This document shows, one piece after another, positions 57,053 to 64,000 of a DNA stretch of 64,000 nt. Source of the DNA: an uncultured Clostridia bacterium (GTDB taxonomy: Bacteria > Bacillota > Clostridia > Christensenellales > UBA1242); contig CAKVHE010000001.1 in assembly GCA_934747885.1 (NCBI GenBank), forward strand, positions 5,424 through 69,423. Direction: 5' to 3'. The notes beneath the pieces are model-generated. The model ran no database searches and was not told the DNA's origin. It saw only the letters and a list, made by a program, of their open reading frames with translations. Each line of letters starts with the position of its first letter. Positions within the stretch are counted from its first letter, which is position 1. Made by a program: the position numbers and the translations under genes.

Positions 57053-58060
57053 TTATTTGGCGCGGATTTCTTGTTCTATTTCGGCACAAAGTTCTGGATT
57101 GTTGGCCAAGTAATTGCGTGCATTTTCTTTGCCTTGACCAATTTTGTCGCCTTTGTAAGCAAACCACGAGCCACTCTTTTCTATTACGCCAGCGTCTACA
57201 CCCATATCAATTAGGCAGCCTTCTTTGCTAACGCCAACGCCATAAATAATGTCAAATTCGGCTTGTTTGAATGGAGGTGCAAGTTTGTTTTTTACTACCT
57301 TTACACGAGTGCGGTTACCTACGCTGTCTGAGCCGTCTTTAAGTGTGTCAATTTTGCGAACATCCAAACGAATACTTGCGTAAAATTTAAGCGCTTTACC
57401 ACCCGGTGTGGTTTCTGGCGAGCCAAACATTACACCCACTTTTTCACGCAGTTGGTTGATAAATACTACACAAGTTTTAGTTTTGTTGGTTATACCAGCA
57501 AGTTTACGCAACGCTTGCGACATTAAACGCGCTTGCAAACCCACGTGCGAATCACCCATTTCACCTTCTATTTCGGCTTTTGGAGTTAGCGCAGCAACCG
57601 AGTCGATAACAATAATATCTAGTGCGCCTGAGTGAACCAATTGGTCAACAATTTCTAGCGCTTGTTCACCGTTGTCTGGTTGCGACACATACAAATTTTT
57701 TAAATCTACCCCCAAGCGTTGAGCGTAGGTTGGGTCTAGCGCGTGTTCTGCGTCAATAAACGCAGCCGTGCCACCCAATTTTTGCGCTTCTGCAATCATG
57801 TGCAACGATACGGTGGTTTTGCCAGAAGATTCTGGTCCGTATATTTCAATAATTCTGCCACGAGGCACCCCACCAATGCCAAGTGCTAAATCTAGCGCCA
57901 AACAGCCGGTTGGAATAACCTCAATGTTGCGATTTACATCTTCGTCCCCAAGTCGCATAATGGAGCCCTTGCCGTGTTGCTTTTCTATTTGAGCAATAAC
58001 CTCATCTAGGGCTTTTTGTTTTGCGCCAATAACTTTTTCGTCTTTTGCTTCCTTTGCCAT
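57053..58060 (-). CDS. recA: recombinase RecA
   Basis: [16 protein letters not shown] (Walker A), [18 protein letters not shown]. Confidence 0.98.
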   Translation of the reverse strand: MAKEAKDEKVIGAKQKALDEVIAQIEKQHGKGSIMRLGDEDVNRNIEVIPTGCLALDLALGIGGVPRGRIIEIYGPESSGKTTVSLHMIAEAQKLGGTAAFIDAEHALDPTYAQRLGVDLKNLYVSQPDNGEQALEIVDQLVHSGALDIIVIDSVAALTPKAEIEGEMGDSHVGLQARLMSQALRKLAGITNKTKTCVVFINQLREKVGVMFGSPETTPGGKALKFYASIRLDVRKIDTLKDGSDSVGNRTRVKVVKNKLAPPFKQAEFDIIYGVGVSKEGCLIDMGVDAGVIEKSGSWFAYKGDKIGQGKENARNYLANNPELCAEIEQEIRAK

Positions 58061-58092
58061 TTTTGTTCTCCTAGTATTTAATTTATGCTATA

Positions 58093-58122
58093 ATTATAGC
58101 ACATATGTTCTATAAAATGCAA
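58093..58122 (-). promoter_or_regulatory. recA promoter with LexA-like box in the spacer
   Basis: Minus sense TTGCAT-18 nt-TATAAT. GAACATATGTGC (58110-58099) abuts the -10 element. Confidence 0.6.
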
Positions 58123-58196
58123 CAAGTTTTCGAACAAATTTTTGAAAATTTGCCAAAAGTGGCAATGTTTTTGCCACTTTATTACACTTTTGTTTG

Positions 58197-58991
58197 TTAT
58201 TTATTTGTTTTTGCTTTTGTTGCAGTTTTTGTTTTTGTAGCTTTTTTTACTGTCTTTTTTGCGAGTTCTCTTTCTTCTGCTTTTTGGTTTTCGGTTTCGG
58301 TTGGTTGCATGGTTACTGCCTCTTGAACCTCTGGTTGCTCTTTGGCTTTGGCCGCCTCATCGTCACCTACCGAAAAAATTGAACTCCAATTATTTACGGT
58401 GTAATTAACGCAAGACAATACGGCAAGACCGGCACCAACTGCCAAAATTGATACGCCAAGTGTTAAAATATACTCTATTGGCATTGCACCGATTTTTGCG
58501 CTGTCGCCCTCTGGCAAAACGCCTACAAGTGCAATATACAACATAATTACCACAATGGCTACATCAATAAAGATGGTTTTTAGCTTGCCATAAAAATCAG
58601 CCGCAATAACATTGCCTTTGCTTGCAGATATTTGGCGGATACCATTTATTAAAATATCGCGCAAAACCATAATTAGCAAAACCACAATTGCCACCCATTC
58701 TGGCTCTATTACGTGGCTAGTTGCAATTAAAATTAAACCCGCAGTCTGTAAAAATTTGTCTGCTAGCGAATCGGCTAGTTTGCCGAAATCGGTCACCAAG
58801 TTGTACTTGCGCGCAATATGACCATCAAGGATATCCGACAGTGATGCAATAATAAATAGCCCGAGCGCAACAAAGGTGCCTATCCCATTTTTGATTGGTA
58901 GTAAAAACATTACAATCATTAGTGGTGTACAAAATATCCTAAATAAAGATATTTGGTTTGGAATGTTTAAAATCTTTTGTTTCTTTTCCAT
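58197..58991 (-). CDS. pgsA: CDP-diacylglycerol--glycerol-3-phosphate 3-phosphatidyltransferase with a ~70-aa charged C-terminal tail
   Basis: D..DG..AR......FGK..D..ADK CDP-alcohol phosphatidyltransferase motif. The tail ends KKTVKKATKTKTATKAKTNK. Confidence 0.9.
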   Translation of the reverse strand: MEKKQKILNIPNQISLFRIFCTPLMIVMFLLPIKNGIGTFVALGLFIIASLSDILDGHIARKYNLVTDFGKLADSLADKFLQTAGLILIATSHVIEPEWVAIVVLLIMVLRDILINGIRQISASKGNVIAADFYGKLKTIFIDVAIVVIMLYIALVGVLPEGDSAKIGAMPIEYILTLGVSILAVGAGLAVLSCVNYTVNNWSSIFSVGDDEAAKAKEQPEVQEAVTMQPTETENQKAEERELAKKTVKKATKTKTATKAKTNK

Positions 58992-59009
58992 TTTTATCTC
59001 CTTTTTTAT

Positions 59010-60359
59010 TTATTCGGTTACCACACCGATTAAATCATAGCCATTGGTTTTGGTAATTTTTACCGTGTAAAAATTGCCCACATCTACCGGCATATTTGGC
59101 GAAGTAAAGTAAGTTATGCCGTCAATTTCGGGGCTTTGCGCCTCAGTGCGACCATAAAACATACCTTTGTCGTAGTCTATGCCCTCGTATAATACCGTTT
59201 GTTTGGTGCCACGCAACTTTTTGATGTTTGCATTTGCAACTTTTTTTTGCGTCATGGCAGCTTTTAAAAGCCTTTTACGTTTGGTTATCTCGCTAACTTG
59301 GTTTTCCATTCTGCCAGCGACCGTGCCTTCTTCTTTGGAGTACATAAAAAAGCCTACATTTTCTAGTTTAAACTCTTTTAAAAAGCCAATCAGTTCGGCA
59401 AATTGTTCCTTGGTTTCGCCCGGGAACCCAACCATAAAGGTTGAACGTATGGTAATTTGTGGAATTTCATCGCGAAGTTTTTTTATTAGCAGTTCAATTT
59501 GCGCGCGAGTTACTTTGCGGTTCATTGCCTTTAAAACCGGATCACTGATGTGTTGAAGTGGAATATCTATATATTTGCAAACTTTGTCGTTGGTTTTTAT
59601 TTCGTAAATTAAATCGTCGTCGACGTTTTCTGGATAGCAATACAATAGTCGTATCCACTTTAAGTCTTCAATTTTGCTAAGGTCATGCAAGAGTTCTGGC
59701 AATGAGTTTTTGCCATACAAATCTGAGCCGTAACGCGTTATATCCTGTGCCACCAAAATAAGTTCTTTGGCTCCGCTTTTAACAAGATCGCGCGCTTCTG
59801 CCAAAATGCTTTCTTTTACGCGTGAGCGATATCTGCCGCGAATAAATGGTATGGTGCAATAGGAACAAAAATTGTCACAACCATCGGCAATTTTGATGTA
59901 GGCTGTGTGTGGCATGGTGGTAATTAGTCTGCCCTCTTCTATGCAATCTACCACGGCGGGCGAATCATTTTTGTGAATTTTTTCGCCATTTTTAAAAAAT
60001 TCGCTTAGCATTTTTGGTAGGCTTTTATACTCGTTTGTGCCAATAAAAATGTCTACATCTGGGTAATTTAGCAGCAAATCTTTCATACGGTTTTGTGGGT
60101 AGCACCCCGAAACTACCAAGCACTTGGTTTTGCCGTTTTGTTTTACGGCAAGCATTTCGGCAATAGTGTCTTCTGATTCTTTTCTTGCTTGGCTTATAAA
60201 AGCGCAAGTGTTAATTACAATAATATCCGCCTCGGCAGGGTCAGCCGTAAAGCCGTAGCCCGCCTCTTTTAGTAGCGTCATCATGTTTTCGGTGTCTACG
60301 CGGTTTTTATCGCATCCAAGTGATACCACACCCACCAATTTTTTTGTTTGTTCTTCCAT
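59010..60359 (-). CDS. rimO: ribosomal protein S12 methylthiotransferase RimO (MiaB-family radical SAM)
   Basis: UPF0004 N-domain (SLGC.KN..D...NTC.F), CSYCTIP radical-SAM cluster, C-terminal TRAM. rimO-pgsA-recA order. Confidence 0.85.
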   Translation of the reverse strand: MEEQTKKLVGVVSLGCDKNRVDTENMMTLLKEAGYGFTADPAEADIIVINTCAFISQARKESEDTIAEMLAVKQNGKTKCLVVSGCYPQNRMKDLLLNYPDVDIFIGTNEYKSLPKMLSEFFKNGEKIHKNDSPAVVDCIEEGRLITTMPHTAYIKIADGCDNFCSYCTIPFIRGRYRSRVKESILAEARDLVKSGAKELILVAQDITRYGSDLYGKNSLPELLHDLSKIEDLKWIRLLYCYPENVDDDLIYEIKTNDKVCKYIDIPLQHISDPVLKAMNRKVTRAQIELLIKKLRDEIPQITIRSTFMVGFPGETKEQFAELIGFLKEFKLENVGFFMYSKEEGTVAGRMENQVSEITKRKRLLKAAMTQKKVANANIKKLRGTKQTVLYEGIDYDKGMFYGRTEAQSPEIDGITYFTSPNMPVDVGNFYTVKITKTNGYDLIGVVTE

Positions 60360-60400
60360 TGTCTATCCTTATATACATATTAAGCAGAAAATTTTTAATT

Positions 60401-63316
60401 TTAATATCCGTTTGGAATGTCGTCTTTGTTGCCAAACATTTCTTCAAACTGTTCGTTTGTTATGTAAACTGTGCGCAGTTTGCTGCCATTGCCCGGCGAG
60501 ATAAAGCCCGCAAGTTCCATTTGGTCAATAATTCGCGCCGCACGAGCATAGCCAACTCTAAATCGACGTTGAATCATGTTTATGCTTGCACCGCCGGTAT
60601 CCATACAAAGTTTTAGGGCTTGTGGCATTAGTTCGTCAAAGTCGTTGTTATTTCTATCGTTTGAGCCCTCATCTACTTGAACTTCTTCTTTTTTGTCTGA
60701 CATAATTTCCTTCTCTATTTCTTCATCAAAATAACATTCGTTGTTTTCTTTTATGTATTTTATAACTCTTCTTACTTCGTCCATGGTCATAAAACCACCT
60801 TGCAAACGCACGTTAACGTTGGAGTCTTGCGCGGACAAAAGCATATCACCTGCGCCAAGTAGTTTTTCAGCGCCACCTTCGTCCAAAATGGTACGAGAGT
60901 CGACATAGCTTGATAGCGAAAACGCAATACGGGTTGGCAAGTTGTTTTTGATGGTACCAGTAACAACGTCGGTTGATGGACGCTGAGTGGCAATTACCAT
61001 ATGAATACCACTTGCACGGCCAAGTTGTGCAATACGTTGAATTTTTTCTTCTACCTCGCGCTTGCCGACCATCATAAGTTCAGCAAGTTCATCAATAACA
61101 ATAACAATGTAAGGCAGTTGTTCTTCTTCGCCGTTTTTTACCAGCGATGAATGGTTAAAGTCCTCAATGTTTTGGTAGGCATGTTCTTTTAGCAGGTCGT
61201 AACGTCTTTCCATTTCTTTTACCGCCCAACCGAGAGCGTTTATGGCTTTATCACATTCGCAAACGGTGTTTGGAAGCATCATGTGCGGCATTCCGCTATA
61301 ACCAGAAAATTCTACGCGCTTTGGGTCAATTATGATAAATCTTAGTTGTTTTGGCGAAGATTTGAACATTAAGCCCAAAATTAAACTATGCATAAAGATA
61401 CTTTTACCAGAACCGGTAGCACCCGCAATAAGCAAGTGCACCATTTTTGGTAAAGATTTTACTACTACCTCACCCGAAATATTTTTACCAATAGCAACTG
61501 GCAAAGCAGCGGTTGAAGAAGTAAATTCTTTGCTTTCCAAAAGTTCTCTTAAACCGACTTTGGAGCGAACATCGTTTGGAACTTCAACACCGACAGCGTT
61601 TTTACCCAAAATTGGCGCTTCAATACGCACACCGTTTTTGGAGCGCATTGCCGCCGCAATATCGCTATCAAAGCCAAGTATACGCTTTACCGAAACACCA
61701 AACGGCATGGTAAGTTCGTACTGAGTTACCGCCGGCCCACGAGTTACCGCGCTTACTTTTGCATCAATTTTGAAACTGCTTAGCACTTTTTCCAAATCGC
61801 GCGAGCGTTGTTCGTAGTTGCCGCCATAGGTGGAAATATCGTCCGAATTGTTTTCAAGCAGTGACGTTGGTGGTGCGTTGTATTTGTAATCTTTTTCTTG
61901 AATATAAAACTTTGGTTTTGCCATAATTGGCATTTTTAGTTGTTCGTTTTCACGCCTTGGGTTTATGCCAAAATTTTCTTGTCTGCGAGAGGTGTAGTCT
62001 TGGCGGGACAAGTTTTCACGCGGGATACTTTGTCTGCGTTCGGTTCTTTCGGCATCCAAGTTTCCCAGCGTTGAAAAGTTAAAGGCATTATTTTCTGGAA
62101 CCTCTTCGTCTTCCGGTTCAGCCTCCTCATCGCCCGCTGACGTATTGTTCAAAAAGTCAAAGGCGCTAGTGTTTGGCGCGGCAAACGCGCTACTATCTGC
62201 GTCAACACTCTCCGTTTCTTCTTCCGCGCTTTCCGCATCATCTAGCAAATTGGCGGTTGGTGCAAAATAGTTATCTTCAGGCTCGGCGCCAGCGTCCGCA
62301 TCTTGCTTTTTATCGTCAAACGGCGAATCGAAAAGTTTTGGCGAATATTTATAATTTATATACTCGTTTGGCGAAGAAAACTTGCCGGTATCAAATTTGG
62401 AATTGGCTTTTTCGTCCAAAGCCAAAGTTGGCTCTTCTTCCTCTTTTTTGTAACTAGCATAATCTGCGCCGCCATAAAGCACCTTCATGGCTTTTTCGGT
62501 TGGCGACAAATTGTCTTCCGGTTCCGGTTCGGTGTAACGCTGTTTTGGCTCGCCGGTGTTGTCGTCAATTATGCTGTTTGGCGAAAAATTGTAAGCGTTG
62601 TCTTCCGTTTTTGCGTCAGGACTATAAAGCCCAACATAACTGCTGTCACGCGTTTTGGTTGGTGGCGCTTCGCCTACTTCGGCGCCTTGCAAACCGCTTG
62701 CAATGGTATCACCCGATTGCGCGCTAGACAAATAGTTGGTTTCGTTGCGTGCATAACTGTTTTTGCGGCTAAGCGAAGCCTCGTAAAAACTTTTTATGTT
62801 TATGTAATAATCTATAGTTAGTGACAAAAATACTACCAGCCCAATTGCAAACACAATGCTACTAGCAATTTTACCAATTAGACCAATAAATAGGTAACAA
62901 ATGGTGCCCAAAACCACCCCACCCACCGTTATGCCGTAGGTTTGAGTGTAAGTATGTTTAAGATATTCGCCAAACGCGGAATAATCGGTTACTTTGAGAG
63001 AATTTAATATCGCACCCGAAAAAATGGTATGCAGCAAAAGCGCCAAACACAGCACAGACATACCAAGATAAACGGCGTTTTTGCGTTCCATAGTAAATTC
63101 AAAATTTTTGTACATGGCAAGCCCCAAAAGCACGCCAAACAAACACATTGGGAAAAATATTAGCCCAAATGTGCCAAGAAAAAATTTACTAATTGCAAAC
63201 TTTGGCGCCACCAAACATAGTGTCGCCATTACAAGCATTGCAAACACCAGTACCAGTCCTATTTTTTTGCTGGCACCCGACTTTTTTCGCTGTCTTGAAT
63301 TACTATAACTACCCAC
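60401..63316 (-). CDS. ftsK: DNA translocase FtsK/SpoIIIE
   Basis: 4 N-terminal TM segments, ~300-aa acidic low-complexity linker, motor domain (GATGSGKS, DELA), gamma winged helix. Confidence 0.96.
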   Translation of the reverse strand: MGSYSNSRQRKKSGASKKIGLVLVFAMLVMATLCLVAPKFAISKFFLGTFGLIFFPMCLFGVLLGLAMYKNFEFTMERKNAVYLGMSVLCLALLLHTIFSGAILNSLKVTDYSAFGEYLKHTYTQTYGITVGGVVLGTICYLFIGLIGKIASSIVFAIGLVVFLSLTIDYYINIKSFYEASLSRKNSYARNETNYLSSAQSGDTIASGLQGAEVGEAPPTKTRDSSYVGLYSPDAKTEDNAYNFSPNSIIDDNTGEPKQRYTEPEPEDNLSPTEKAMKVLYGGADYASYKKEEEEPTLALDEKANSKFDTGKFSSPNEYINYKYSPKLFDSPFDDKKQDADAGAEPEDNYFAPTANLLDDAESAEEETESVDADSSAFAAPNTSAFDFLNNTSAGDEEAEPEDEEVPENNAFNFSTLGNLDAERTERRQSIPRENLSRQDYTSRRQENFGINPRRENEQLKMPIMAKPKFYIQEKDYKYNAPPTSLLENNSDDISTYGGNYEQRSRDLEKVLSSFKIDAKVSAVTRGPAVTQYELTMPFGVSVKRILGFDSDIAAAMRSKNGVRIEAPILGKNAVGVEVPNDVRSKVGLRELLESKEFTSSTAALPVAIGKNISGEVVVKSLPKMVHLLIAGATGSGKSIFMHSLILGLMFKSSPKQLRFIIIDPKRVEFSGYSGMPHMMLPNTVCECDKAINALGWAVKEMERRYDLLKEHAYQNIEDFNHSSLVKNGEEEQLPYIVIVIDELAELMMVGKREVEEKIQRIAQLGRASGIHMVIATQRPSTDVVTGTIKNNLPTRIAFSLSSYVDSRTILDEGGAEKLLGAGDMLLSAQDSNVNVRLQGGFMTMDEVRRVIKYIKENNECYFDEEIEKEIMSDKKEEVQVDEGSNDRNNNDFDELMPQALKLCMDTGGASINMIQRRFRVGYARAARIIDQMELAGFISPGNGSKLRTVYITNEQFEEMFGNKDDIPNGY

Positions 63317-63415
63317 GCGAGATTATTCTCTCCTTCCTTAATATTTTAACATACTTATTTTGTTTTGTACAAATACTTTTAAGTGCCTTTTGTCGTTATT
63401 TTTCCACTAGTATGG

Positions 63416-64000
63416 TTAGTTTTTGTACTCATTTATAAAGTCTAAATTCATTTTTGACTTATTGCCCACATACGAAACACACGCCTTGGATAACTTTGCA
63501 TATTTGCGGTAAACATCTTCACATTTTTCTTTGGTTAATGCCGCAATTTGGTCAATAAGTTCGTTCATATCAATAATTTTACCGGTTATAAAATGATATT
63601 TTGCATGTATGGTTGGGTTGTCTTCCGCCATTTTCATACGATTTATTAGCATATTTTTTACTGCCACAAATTCCGCATCGGTTACGCCAGAAGTAAGCAC
63701 CTCATTTATTACATCAAACACCGCTTTGGTTGCCTTTTCGGCAAACTCGTTAGTGGTTGCAAAGTCTATTACGCTAATGCCGTTATTTATATAAGTTACT
63801 TCTTCCGAAAAAATATTGTAGCAAAGCGACAATTTGTTGCGAAGGGTGCAAAACAATCTTGAATTCATTGACCCACCAAGTATTGCCGAAATAATGCCAT
63901 AGGCAAAGCGCTCAATGGTGTTATATTTTGGCGCATTTAGCCCAATGCAAATATTGGCTTGCTCAATATCTTTTTTTGCAAAAACCTTTGCCGGCAAAAG
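63416..64000 (-). CDS. M16-family (insulinase-like) peptidase, C-terminal part; 5' end beyond window
   Basis: QA.I..G........ERFAYGIISAILGGSMNSRLF..LR.K..LCY matches the M16 C-terminal domain. The frame stays open to the window edge. Confidence 0.75.
   Translation of the reverse strand, partial: LLPAKVFAKKDIEQANICIGLNAPKYNTIERFAYGIISAILGGSMNSRLFCTLRNKLSLCYNIFSEEVTYINNGISVIDFATTNEFAEKATKAVFDVINEVLTSGVTDAEFVAVKNMLINRMKMAEDNPTIHAKYHFITGKIIDMNELIDQIAALTKEKCEDVYRKYAKLSKACVSYVGNKSKMNLDFINEYKN

Overview
64 kb of a moderately AT-rich Bacillota (Firmicutes), Clostridia-like chromosome. About 60 of 68 genes lie on the minus strand, and most are conserved housekeeping genes. In minus-strand transcription order, which runs from the high-coordinate end of the window down to position 1: M16 peptidase (partial), ftsK, rimO, pgsA, recA, rny, M19-like protein, GNAT and GT2; a four-gene tRNA block (Gly on the plus strand, Cys and Leu-UAA on the minus strand, Leu-UAG at 35.9 kb on the plus strand); a CDP-hexose dehydratase/epimerase trio; argS and queH; a membrane-protein operon (bPH, lipoprotein, PAP2, TM-anchored Mrr-like nuclease); ytxC-like and thrS; the L20-leader infC-rpmI-rplT operon; trmH-family and yebC; the ylb synteny block (rsmD, ylbJ, patatin/ylbK, tmcAL/ylbM, rpmF) with pta-ackA inserted; plsX-rnc-smc-ftsY-ylxM-ffh-rpsP-KH-rimM-trmD-rbgA-rnhB-yraN-rplS; a two-gene surface-protein insertion; ruvCAB-queA-tgt-yajC-secDF-recJ-relA-rpsO-pnp. 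I found no rRNA, CRISPR array, transposase, integrase or prophage genes. The most unusual sequence is noncoding. First, the 551-nt ORF-free gap between tRNA-Leu(UAG) and the yebC stop codon holds two tandem ~127-nt units whose stems covary while their loops are conserved. Second, a ~135-nt trailer block follows both tRNA-Leu genes in inverted orientation and is better conserved than the tRNAs themselves. Other observations: a promoter/terminator-bounded 34-codon sORF, LexA-like GAAC-N4-GTGC boxes at recA and ruvC, a probable AUU-initiated infC behind an L20-type attenuator, an active-site-degenerate M19 dipeptidase homolog, and charged low-complexity tails on several core proteins. All calls come from reading the sequence and ORF translations by eye. 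No database search or folding program was run.
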